A stretch of 64,000 bases of DNA from Dehalococcoidia bacterium (GTDB lineage: Bacteria; Chloroflexota; Dehalococcoidia; Lucifugimonadales; UBA3495): assembly GCA_965205495.1 (NCBI GenBank), contig CBDBHA010000002.1:294451-358450 (forward strand), given 5' to 3'. The notes under the pieces are model-generated. The model saw only the letters and a list, made by a program, of their open reading frames with translations. It did not search any database and was not told the origin of the DNA. The translations under genes and the position numbers were made by a program. Below, piece by piece: positions 9,767-18,557 of the stretch. Position 1 is the stretch's first letter, and every line of letters starts with the position of its first letter.

Positions 9767-10684
9767 GTGTCTGCCGTAATCCGCGCTCGCAACCTGACCA
9801 AGCGTTACGGAGACCTGGTGGCTGTGGCGGGGATTGACTTCGACATCGAGCAGGGCGAGTGTTTCGGGTTTCTTGGCCCCAACGGCGCGGGCAAGACCAC
9901 TACCCTAAAGATGATTAACTGCACCGCCACCGTGAGCGAAGGGGAGCTTTGGGTGGACGGCAAGGACGTCCGGCGGGATGGACGGGAGATAAAATCGGTA
10001 ATCGGAGTGGTGTCTCAGGCGGACAGCCTGGACCCCGACCTGGATGTGTTGCAGAACCTGGTCTCTTACGGCCGTTTCTTCAACCTGCCGGTCCAAACCG
10101 CCCGCGAAAGGGCCCACGAGGCTTTGGAGTTCTTCAACCTGGGGGACCGGATTCGACAGACCCCGGACCAGCTTTCCGGGGGGATGCGGCGGCGGTTGTT
10201 AATCGCTCGGGTAATGCTGCACCAACCACGAATCATGTTGTTGGACGAACCCACCACCGGGTTGGACCCGCAGTCCCGTTTGCTGGTGTGGGAGAAGCTG
10301 AGCCGGCTTAAAGACCAGGGCATCACCATATTGTTGACCACCCATTACATGGCCGAAGCGTCCTACCTGTGCGACCGTCTGGTGGTCATGGACGCCGGGA
10401 AAATTTTGGTGGAAGGCACTCCCGAAGACCTGGTGGAACGCCATGTTGGGAGTCAAGTTATCGAAATCAGGCTGGGGCCGGAGGAGAAGGGGCGGTTGGC
10501 CGGGGAACTGACGGGCTTGGGGCTGGAACTTGACGAGTGGGGTGACTCGATAGTGGTGTACCACCGCAACGGAAGCGGGGCGCTGGAAGGTCTGGGGTTG
10601 GACGGGCACCGGCTGACCACCCGTCCCGGCAACCTGGAGGATGTTTTCCTGCGGTTGACGGGAAGGGGGTTGCGGGAGGAATGA
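9767..10684 (+). CDS. ABC exporter ATP-binding protein (NodI/DrrA-like)
   Basis: GPNGAGKTT, LSGGM, LLDEPTTGLD. Confidence 0.95.
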   Translation: MSAVIRARNLTKRYGDLVAVAGIDFDIEQGECFGFLGPNGAGKTTTLKMINCTATVSEGELWVDGKDVRRDGREIKSVIGVVSQADSLDPDLDVLQNLVSYGRFFNLPVQTARERAHEALEFFNLGDRIRQTPDQLSGGMRRRLLIARVMLHQPRIMLLDEPTTGLDPQSRLLVWEKLSRLKDQGITILLTTHYMAEASYLCDRLVVMDAGKILVEGTPEDLVERHVGSQVIEIRLGPEEKGRLAGELTGLGLELDEWGDSIVVYHRNGSGALEGLGLDGHRLTTRPGNLEDVFLRLTGRGLREE

Positions 10685-11469
10685 GCCTGGGGATCGCGAG
10701 CTTCCAACAATCCGTTTTGTGGGGCGGGTTTCGGGTCTGGCAGAGGGACCGGGACGCCTTCTTCCGTTCCTGGAAGGTGGAGGTTGGCGGCATCGCCATC
10801 GAGCCTTTCATCATGCTGGTGGCGCTGGGGTACGGGCTGGGGTCGTATATAGAGGACTTCAACGGGTTGAGCTATGCCGCGTTTTTGGCGCCGGGGGTGG
10901 TGGCGAGCTACGCTATGTGGCATTCAACTTTTGACAGCACCTACGGGGCTTACCTGCGTATGGAAAGCCACCACATCTACGAGGCGATGTTGTTTACGCC
11001 CCTGGGGCCGGGGGATATTGTCATGGGGGAGGTGCTGTGGTCGGCGACGCGGGGTCTGTTCTCGGCGGCCTGCGTATTGGCGGTGGCGGCGGGGTTGGGC
11101 CTGGTCTCGTCGGCCTGGGCGGTGTTGGCATTGCCGGCGGCGTTGTTGATTGGGGTGATGTTCGGGTCAATTGCGATGATGTTGACGGCGACGGTCAAGA
11201 CCATCGGGCAGATTAATAATTTCTTCACCCTGTTCATCCTGCCCATGTTCTGGGTGGCTGGGGTGTTCTTTCCCGCCGACCGGCTGCCGGAGGTGGTGCA
11301 GCGGGTGTCCTGGGTCCTGCCGCTGACTCCGGCGGTGGCGCTGGTGCGGGGGTTGACCACCGGGGAGCTGTCGTGGTGGATGTTGGCCTGGACCGGGGAG
11401 TTGTTGGCCTTTGCGCTGGTGGCGCTGACCCTGTCCTGCCGGTTGATGCGGCGGCGGTTGATTACATAA
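10681..11469 (+). CDS. ABC-2 permease (NodJ-like)
   Basis: ATGA overlap with ATPase; YAAFLAPG, GVFFP, LPLT motifs. Confidence 0.92.
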   Translation: MSLGIASFQQSVLWGGFRVWQRDRDAFFRSWKVEVGGIAIEPFIMLVALGYGLGSYIEDFNGLSYAAFLAPGVVASYAMWHSTFDSTYGAYLRMESHHIYEAMLFTPLGPGDIVMGEVLWSATRGLFSAACVLAVAAGLGLVSSAWAVLALPAALLIGVMFGSIAMMLTATVKTIGQINNFFTLFILPMFWVAGVFFPADRLPEVVQRVSWVLPLTPAVALVRGLTTGELSWWMLAWTGELLAFALVALTLSCRLMRRRLIT

Positions 11470-11518
11470 AAAAAGACCGGGAAAAGACCGGCCCGTTGGC
11501 GGGCGGCCTTTTTGGGTG

Positions 11519-11980
11519 TTAATTGGATGGAGGCTCGGGTGGGGTGACCAAGGAGCCGTAGCCGCCCGTTCCCCGGTATTGGCGGCTAAAGACGTCGAAG
11601 GACTTGCCGTAGCTTGGGATTATGAAGGTCGGGGAGTCAACCGGCTGGCCCATCTCGACAATCAGGTCTTCCAGGTCGATACCGACTTCCTTCTTCAGCG
11701 TGTTGCCGAATACGATTATGTCGTTGGCCTCATCCCGGGGGACGAAACGGATGATGAAGGGATGGTTGACGGGCACGTCGAGTTCCCTCGGTTCCCAAAC
11801 CCGTTGCGTGATGAAGGCCCCGGGGCCGCCCAACCCGCCCTTGGCGCCGATGCTCCACTCGATGATCATTGGTTCGGCGTCCACCGGAGGAGGGGCTGCC
11901 GGCTCGGAACCGCCGCAGGCCAACAAGGCTATCAAAGTTGCGCCCAATGCTACCGGCCAGAAGAGGCTACGAGTTTTCAT
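11519..11980 (-). CDS. Hypothetical lipoprotein
   Basis: Signal peptide with LLAC lipobox followed by Pro/Ala linker. Confidence 0.7.
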   Translation of the reverse strand: MKTRSLFWPVALGATLIALLACGGSEPAAPPPVDAEPMIIEWSIGAKGGLGGPGAFITQRVWEPRELDVPVNHPFIIRFVPRDEANDIIVFGNTLKKEVGIDLEDLIVEMGQPVDSPTFIIPSYGKSFDVFSRQYRGTGGYGSLVTPPEPPSN

Positions 11981-12291
11981 CTGTACTCCGGGGCGTGAAA
12001 GAGGATTAGTCCGCAAGATAACTACTTCAACATCGTATAAGCTTTCCGGCTTTAAATCCAGCCCGGAGGGTGGTGACTATAAGTTGGATGCTCGGCCAGG
12101 CCGGGGCGCCGGAACCCCGGTGTCCCAGCGGTGTTTTGCTTGACATGGCGAAAGCAGGTCTGTTACAAGACAACCCCAAATGGCTGGTGCTCCGGGTCCC
12201 GTTGGCCCGCCTTAAATCACCGGCCCGCTGGCTCCGCGAGATGATTTCCGGAAATCCGGGTTGCCGCCCCAAGATGGAAAGGAGGAGATTT

Positions 12292-14097
12292 ATGACCAAA
12301 GGAATACCCAAGACCAAGGCAGCACTCTTTAGCTCTGCATTGTTATTGCTCGCCTTCCTGTTTGCCTGCGGAACGGCCGCTGAGGAACCTGTTCCGGCGG
12401 CACCTGCCGCTCCCGCTGCCCCGGCGGCCGGTTCCGAGGAAGCGGCCGCTGCCTCCGGTGCTGCCACCCCCGTTGCCAAGATGGAGGAGGCCCGGGCTCC
12501 CGCGGCCGAACCGGCCATGGGGAAGGACAAGGCCATCGCGGTCATCGCCACCGAGCCGGAAGTGCTCTTCTACATGATTACCGCCGACGCGCATACCGGC
12601 CAATTTACCGACACGATCAATGCGTATATTGGGCACTTGGACAAGGACACCCTGGAAGTGGCAGCTACGTCGCTGGTGGAAAGCTGGACGCAAACCGCCG
12701 TTAACGAGTGGGAATACAAGCTGCGCCCTGGAGTTACTTTCCATGATGGTGAAGAATGGAACTCAGCCGCTTGGGAGACCTACGCCAAGATTACCGGCAC
12801 GCCGGAGTACGGTCAGGGTTCGTTCGCTCACACCGGTCCGTATCAAGTTGAGCCCGTCGACGAGTTGACCGCCAAAATCAAGTGCGGCGAACCTTGCCCC
12901 TTGTTCGAGAGGGGGCTGAACCTTTCGAAGACCTACTCTCCCGCGCCGTTGCGGGAGGTTACGTCCGTCGGTGAACTCCGCGAAATCACCGAAGGTATCG
13001 GCGCCGGTCCCTTCCAGGTGGTCGAATGGAACCGGGGCCAGAATATCACCACCAAGAAGTTTGAGGATTTCGTTCCCGCCCCAGAGACTCCCGAATACGC
13101 CGCGCCGAAGCTCAACGAGATTGAGTGGCAATGGCGCGGGGAAACAACCGTGCGTCGGGCCATGATTGAGACCGAGGAAGCTGACTGGGCCTTCCTCCTC
13201 ACTTTGGAGGACGCCGAGGTGCTGGGCCCGGAGCGGTTCGTCACCGGCGGAACCGCCGAGATCGCCCAGTTCCGCATCGACTCCATCTGGGACCCCTGGA
13301 TGAAGATTAAGGAAATGCGCCAGGCCGTGGTGCATTCAATTGACTGCCAGGAAATTGTTGAGTCCCTGTACCAGGGAGCCACCACCTGCCGGGGCAACCA
13401 CGGGGCCCCTGGAGTGCTGGGAATCACCGAAGCGAACATCGCACCCTACGAGTATGATCTGGACAAGTCGCGGGAATTGTTGGAGGGCATTGGTTACATC
13501 TGCGGCCTGAGCAACTCCAGAGACGACTGCGAGGCCGAGATTACCATCACCAGCCGCAGCGCCCGCATTGCCCGCAACGACGAGTTTATCGAGTCCATGG
13601 TGCTGTTCATGCAGCAAGCAGGCATTAACGCCAAGGCCCAATTCGTTGACGTTTCCATCCGCACCCAAATGGGCCTCTGCGGTATCGGTCTGGAAGGCGC
13701 CGGCGCGACCCAAGTGGGTTGGCAGGGAGCTACCGAAGCCACCCCGCCGGTCTGCCCCGGTGGTGTCGGTGTAGGCCAGATTTTGGACGGCATCGGCTTT
13801 GGTTACGAGATTATGGACTACGCCAAGGTGGTAAACCGCCATATGCTCTGCGAGTCCGGCCGCTCCACCACCTGCGTTCCTGAGAAGGAAGAAGAGTGGA
13901 AGCGGGCCCGTACCCTGGACGGCGAGGACCGGCGTATTGCCTTGGAAGCCATCGCCGACTGGCAGCGGGAGAATGTCTACATCCTCCCCATGTTCGACCT
14001 CTTCGCAATTTACGGGGTGAACCCCAAGCTGCGGGGGTTTGAAGAGCCGCGTTTCGACAAGCATACCTTCGCCAACCTGTGGTGGTTCGCGCCCTAA
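12292..14097 (+). CDS. ABC transporter substrate-binding lipoprotein (family 5), orphan
   Basis: LFAC lipobox, KLRPGVTFHDG, GAGPF; AGGAGG RBS; TTGACA promoter box near 12142. Confidence 0.9.
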   Translation: MTKGIPKTKAALFSSALLLLAFLFACGTAAEEPVPAAPAAPAAPAAGSEEAAAASGAATPVAKMEEARAPAAEPAMGKDKAIAVIATEPEVLFYMITADAHTGQFTDTINAYIGHLDKDTLEVAATSLVESWTQTAVNEWEYKLRPGVTFHDGEEWNSAAWETYAKITGTPEYGQGSFAHTGPYQVEPVDELTAKIKCGEPCPLFERGLNLSKTYSPAPLREVTSVGELREITEGIGAGPFQVVEWNRGQNITTKKFEDFVPAPETPEYAAPKLNEIEWQWRGETTVRRAMIETEEADWAFLLTLEDAEVLGPERFVTGGTAEIAQFRIDSIWDPWMKIKEMRQAVVHSIDCQEIVESLYQGATTCRGNHGAPGVLGITEANIAPYEYDLDKSRELLEGIGYICGLSNSRDDCEAEITITSRSARIARNDEFIESMVLFMQQAGINAKAQFVDVSIRTQMGLCGIGLEGAGATQVGWQGATEATPPVCPGGVGVGQILDGIGFGYEIMDYAKVVNRHMLCESGRSTTCVPEKEEEWKRARTLDGEDRRIALEAIADWQRENVYILPMFDLFAIYGVNPKLRGFEEPRFDKHTFANLWWFAP

Positions 14098-14133
14098 CCA
14101 AGACCAGGACCACCTCTGACGGCGCAACCCAAA

Positions 14134-14168
14134 GCGGGCCGGGGCAACCACCCCGGCCCGCAGCTTTT
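14134..14168 (+). terminator. Rho-independent terminator between convergent genes
   Basis: GCGGGCCGGGG...CCCCGGCCCGC stem followed by T run. Confidence 0.7.
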
Positions 14169-14187
14169 CGGCCCTTGGGGCGTTTAG

Positions 14188-16014
14188 TTAGTCAACCACG
14201 GTCAGCAGCAGGTGGGATGGGTGGTCTGGGTCGTGGTAGATGGAATTTGCGGCGGCAACCTTGACCTGGGAAAGAGCCGGGTTGTCGCCGGTGTTGCCGT
14301 TCACGTCCAGGCGGGGGAAGTTGCTGGAGGATAGGTCCAACCGGATGCGGTGTCCGGCGGCGAAGAGGTTGCTGGTGGGGTATAGCTGGATGGAAATGGG
14401 GTAGATTTTCCCGGGCTCCATCAACTGCGGGCTTTCCCAAGAGTCGCGGAACTTGGCCCGCAAAATCCCGTCGGTCAAATTCAGGGCATAACCCTCCGGG
14501 TAGTCCTCCGACTGGGGATAAACGTCGATTAGCTTGGCGGTAAAGTCGGTGTCCACCGCCGAAGAAGCCACCCACAGGTTCACAGCGACTGGGCCGGTGA
14601 CCTGTACCGGGCGAGACAAGGGCTCGGTCTCGAACACCAGGACATCGGGGCGGGATGCCAGGGGCAGGTAGGGCGGTTGGCAGCCGTAGAAGGTGGGCGA
14701 CTCCCGTTGGTCGAAGCCGCCCGGCTCCATGATGGGCAGGCCCGAGGACAGGTTGCCGCCGATGGTTGGGACGGGATGGGCCGGGTCGAAGATATAACGG
14801 CTGGGGCAGGCGCCCTCCGGTGGGAGTTGCGTCGACAAGCCGCCTCCCGGCGCGAGGAAAATGGACTGTGCCGATGCGGAGTCCGGGGGCCATTGAGGGT
14901 GACTGCTCCAGTGGCCGCCGTGGTCCAACCGTCCTTCGGAGTTGCGCCGTCCGGAACCGCCGCCCATAACGAAAATCCGGACCGGCGGCAGCTGTTCCCA
15001 GGGAGTGGGGATGCCCTTGAGCCAACGGTCGAAGAAGGCGAGGCGCAGCAGGTTGTAATCCGGGGCAAGGTTGCCGTCGACGGGGGCGGCGGGCCCCAGG
15101 TCAACGTTGCCCGCGTAGGTGACCGAGCGGGCCCCGTGGGTCCACGGCCCCATTATCAACGAGACCGGGCCTTTCTTGGTGGCGGAGAGGGCGGTGAAAT
15201 TGTTGGTGGTGCTCAGGGCGTAGGTGTCGTACCAGCCGCCCAAGTGCACCTGGGGGACGTCGGCCAGGGCCGGGTAGTGGGCATGGGCGCACAGGCCCAC
15301 CTGCTGCCAGTACTCGTCGAAAGTCTCGTGGCCCCAAATTTCCAGCAGGTAGTCCTCGTAGTCCGGCGTCCAGGACAGGGGGCTGTGGCCGCGCTTCCAG
15401 GGTAGGCGTTGGAACCAATCGTGGATATTCTGGGACTCCAAAGCCCGCTTCTTGACCGGGTCGGCGGCGGCCTGCGGGCTTTCCAGCGCCTCGCGGAAGG
15501 CCCAGGTAACCTGCCGAAGCTCGAAGGCCCCGCCGTTGCGGCAGCCGCTCTCAAAGGCGTTGGAAAACCCGCCGCAGTCCAGCCACATGCAGGCCAGGTG
15601 GGGCGGGTTGAGGCTGGCCAGGGCCGCCTGGGTGTGGGCGGCGTAAGATAGGCCGTAAGTGCCCACCTTGCCGTCGCACCAGGGCTGCCGGGCGACCCAT
15701 TCCAGGGTGTCGTAGCCGTCCTTACCCTCGTCGACATATTTGGAGAAACCGCCTTCCGAAGCGTAACGGCCCCGGCAGTCCTGTATCACCACCACGTAAC
15801 CCTGGGCGGCGAAAAACCCGGCTTCTTCCCGGCGGGCCTGGGCCGACTTGCCGTAAGGGGTGCGGTGGAGCAGGGTGGGCAGCGGGGTGGTCAATGGCCG
15901 GCCATCTTGGGCCGGGTGTAAAATGTCGGTGGCCAGCCGCACTCCGTCCCGCACCGTCACAATGATGTCGTTCTCGATGTGGACCTGGTAGGGCCGGTTT
16001 GGGGGGTTGGTCAT
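14188..16014 (-). CDS. CocE/NonD family hydrolase
   Basis: RDGVRLATD, RTPYGK, QDCRGRYASEG, GLSY, GWYD, GPWTH. Confidence 0.95.
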   Translation of the reverse strand: MTNPPNRPYQVHIENDIIVTVRDGVRLATDILHPAQDGRPLTTPLPTLLHRTPYGKSAQARREEAGFFAAQGYVVVIQDCRGRYASEGGFSKYVDEGKDGYDTLEWVARQPWCDGKVGTYGLSYAAHTQAALASLNPPHLACMWLDCGGFSNAFESGCRNGGAFELRQVTWAFREALESPQAAADPVKKRALESQNIHDWFQRLPWKRGHSPLSWTPDYEDYLLEIWGHETFDEYWQQVGLCAHAHYPALADVPQVHLGGWYDTYALSTTNNFTALSATKKGPVSLIMGPWTHGARSVTYAGNVDLGPAAPVDGNLAPDYNLLRLAFFDRWLKGIPTPWEQLPPVRIFVMGGGSGRRNSEGRLDHGGHWSSHPQWPPDSASAQSIFLAPGGGLSTQLPPEGACPSRYIFDPAHPVPTIGGNLSSGLPIMEPGGFDQRESPTFYGCQPPYLPLASRPDVLVFETEPLSRPVQVTGPVAVNLWVASSAVDTDFTAKLIDVYPQSEDYPEGYALNLTDGILRAKFRDSWESPQLMEPGKIYPISIQLYPTSNLFAAGHRIRLDLSSSNFPRLDVNGNTGDNPALSQVKVAAANSIYHDPDHPSHLLLTVVD

Positions 16015-16126
16015 AAAAACGTCAATCTCAAGGACCGGGGTTGGTCGAAAGATAGTTGCCCAGTTGGGCGTGTTTTAAATCGTAACACACTGGTTGCACC
16101 GGGACGGCTCGGCGGGGAAGGTGGAG

Positions 16127-16315
16127 CGGGGTATTTTCGTTGTCGTTGGGGGAAGCTTGCGGGGAAGAATCCGGGAGGAAGCTGGCTGGGGCCGATGGAT
16201 TTTAGATTCCTCCCTGCGGTCGGAATGACAGGTTGGGGGGTCGGGATGACCCTTCGACGGGCTCAGGGCGAAGGGATGGTACGGAGAGGAATTTGGAGAG
16301 AATCAAAAGGCCAGG
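16127..16315 (+). mobile_element. Degenerate CAGGG-type (ISAs1-like) MITE carrying REP hairpins
   Basis: Ends CGGGGTATTTTCGTT / AATCAAAAGGCCAGG; interior homologous to 33772 and 48356 copies. Confidence 0.6.
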
Positions 16316-16324
16316 GAGGTGAAT

Positions 16325-16768
16325 ATGCAGATCCCCGAGCGGATACAGCCACAGAGCATCAATGATTACCTGGACGTGATGAGCCGTTCGGTGTTCCAGT
16401 CCGGCCTATCCTGGAAGGTGGTGAACTCCAAGTGGCCCGGCACCAGGGAGGCGTTGCAAGGGTTCGCCCCTCGGATCGTGGCCGGTCTTACTGATGGCGA
16501 CCTGGACCGGTTGACCGAAGACACCCGCATAATCCGCAGCCGACGCAAGCTCAACGCAGTGGTGCACAACGCTTAAAAAATGGTGGAACTGGAGGCCGAG
16601 CACGGCAGTTTCCAAAACTACCTGCGTTCCCACGCCGGATTCGAGGCGACGCTGGCCGACATTAAGAAGCAGTTTAAGTACATGGGCAACGCCGGGACTT
16701 TCCATTTCCTGTGGGTGGTGGGTGAAGACGTCCCCGACTACCAAGAATGGTGCGAGTCCCACCATTAG
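16325..16768 (+). pseudogene. DNA-3-methyladenine glycosylase I (Tag-like) with internal TAA
   Basis: VFQSGLSWKVV, IIRSRRKLNAVVHNA-TAA(16574)-KMVEL continues in frame to KKQFKYMG. Confidence 0.8.
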
Positions 16769-16815
16769 CCGTCGCAAGTTTTAGTTCTTCATTTCAGTTC
16801 TTTGAGGGAGCAACA

Positions 16816-17529
16816 ATGCCGCAGTATGTATTCATCCACGGTCCGGGCGCGGGAGGCTGCGCTGATTCCTACGTGAACCAGCTAGAGCATTTTCCGGGCA
16901 GCCTGGCCCCCAACCTGCCGGGGCATCTATCGGGCATCGCTTGCGCCGACATTCCCCGCTACACCGAGTGGCTGCGGGGCTGGCTGTGGTCCCAGGGGCA
17001 CCAGGAAGACCTGGTTTTGGTTGGGTTCACCCTGGGGGCCTGCATCGCTTTGCAATACGGCCTGGATTACCCGGAAGAGGTCAAGGCGCTGGTCTTGATG
17101 ACCGTTGCCATGCGTCCCAAGCAACGGGCCCCCGGTTCATTGGAGTTCCGTCTCCAGGCGGCGGAAGACCCCCAAGTGTACCAGCAATGGAAGGACGCCA
17201 TGGCCCACACCATGATGTTCATGGAGCCGGACCTGCGGGAGCGGCTGCTCAAGCAGCACGACAAGGTTGGGCCGCTGTCCCAGCACCGGGACCTGGTCAC
17301 CATCGACGTATTCGACGTTCACGACCGTATTGCCACGCTGAAGCCGCCGTTGCTGCTCATCAGGGGCATTGACGATCCGGGCAAACCGCCCGAATACGAA
17401 ATGGAAATCCACCAGGCGGTGCCGGGGTCCCGCTACTTGAAGCTGGACAACGCCGGTCATTTCCCCATGGCGGAGCGGCCCGCCGACGTCAACCGGGCCA
17501 TCGAGGAGTTCATCGCGGCCAGGACTTAG
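16816..17529 (+). CDS. Alpha/beta hydrolase fold protein
   Basis: FIHG, NLPGH, GFTLG elbow, AGHFP. Confidence 0.88.
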   Translation: MPQYVFIHGPGAGGCADSYVNQLEHFPGSLAPNLPGHLSGIACADIPRYTEWLRGWLWSQGHQEDLVLVGFTLGACIALQYGLDYPEEVKALVLMTVAMRPKQRAPGSLEFRLQAAEDPQVYQQWKDAMAHTMMFMEPDLRERLLKQHDKVGPLSQHRDLVTIDVFDVHDRIATLKPPLLLIRGIDDPGKPPEYEMEIHQAVPGSRYLKLDNAGHFPMAERPADVNRAIEEFIAART

Positions 17530-17541
17530 TTTCGGTCCGGT

Positions 17542-18138
17542 TTACTTCAAACTGGCTACGCTGAACACGACCTGAAAGGGTTTGCAGTAAATTACCACGC
17601 TCCCTTGCGCTCCAATGTCCGTCCCTTCGGGTATCTCGTAGTTCTGGTTGCCGATGTTGCCTTTGAGGGAACCGAGTTCGATGTAGCCCGGGCCCTGAAC
17701 GTCGTCCCGGTTTTGCGGGTCGGGGTGGCCGGCCAACAGCACGCGCAGGTCCGGCCCGTTGGTAACTGAGAAGTCCTCCAACCGCAGGAGGTGGGCGCCC
17801 TCGGGAGACTGGTAGATGGCGGCGGTCCCGCTGCCGCGGTGGAAGTTGTCGGCGTCTCGGAAGGTCCCGGTCTTGACCGCCGTGGGGCTCTCCGATGGGC
17901 CGGCCATCATCTGGGGCATCGCTTCTTCCACCGGCAGGTCCACCTTGGCCATTCCCGACATGACCATTTCCACTTCCATCGGTTCCATGTCGGGCGGGAC
18001 CTGGGCGTTGACGCTGAAGGGCAGGGCTTCGTCGACGGTCTGATTGAGGAAAAGCGGTGATAGGAGCCACCAACCGACCGCCCCTACCACCACCAAAAGG
18101 ACTGCTCCCACTCCCAGGAAAATGTTTTTGCGGCTCAT
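17542..18138 (-). CDS. DM13 domain protein
   Basis: N-terminal TM; HRGSG, NGPDL, LKGNIGNQNYEIP, YCKPF. Confidence 0.92.
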   Translation of the reverse strand: MSRKNIFLGVGAVLLVVVGAVGWWLLSPLFLNQTVDEALPFSVNAQVPPDMEPMEVEMVMSGMAKVDLPVEEAMPQMMAGPSESPTAVKTGTFRDADNFHRGSGTAAIYQSPEGAHLLRLEDFSVTNGPDLRVLLAGHPDPQNRDDVQGPGYIELGSLKGNIGNQNYEIPEGTDIGAQGSVVIYCKPFQVVFSVASLK

Positions 18139-18369
18139 TCTCTAAACAACCTTTTGCAAATGGTTTCCGACGTTGAGGACCTGGGCTTAGACCCATATCT
18201 AGGGCGCAGCTTAGTCTATTACAATCTACGTTCCAAGGGGGTGCGGCGGTTCTCATGGTTTTTCGATGTTTCCCGGGAGGCAGCCCCTCCCGGCAATACC
18301 CTTCATCCCGACAAGCTTGCGACAAAGAGTATGAACTCGTTTGGTTGCTAAATTGTTGCTACGCCGAGG

Positions 18370-18490
18370 ATTTTAGACCCCTCGCTCCGCTCGGGGTGAC
18401 AGCAGGAGGGCTCAGGGTGAGAAGGGAAAGGTGTCACGGTGAGAAAAGGAACGGTTCATGGTGAGAAGGGTGACAAGGGAAAGACGCTGG
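18370..18490. repeat. REP-like hairpin with degenerate GGTGAGAA tail repeats
   Basis: AGACCCCTCGCTCCGCTCGGGGTGAC matches 49111 and reverse of 43700. Confidence 0.65.
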
Positions 18491-18557
18491 GCGGTTGCGG
18501 TGGGCGGGGACAGCCGCGGATTTCTACCGTAAAATGCCCCAAGAGGAGGGACCAGCT

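Noticed and set aside
15979-16365. Repeated peptide MDFRFLPAVGMT / WILDSSLRSE as a protein family
   Set aside because: These are translations of the non-coding REP/MITE repeat in different frames
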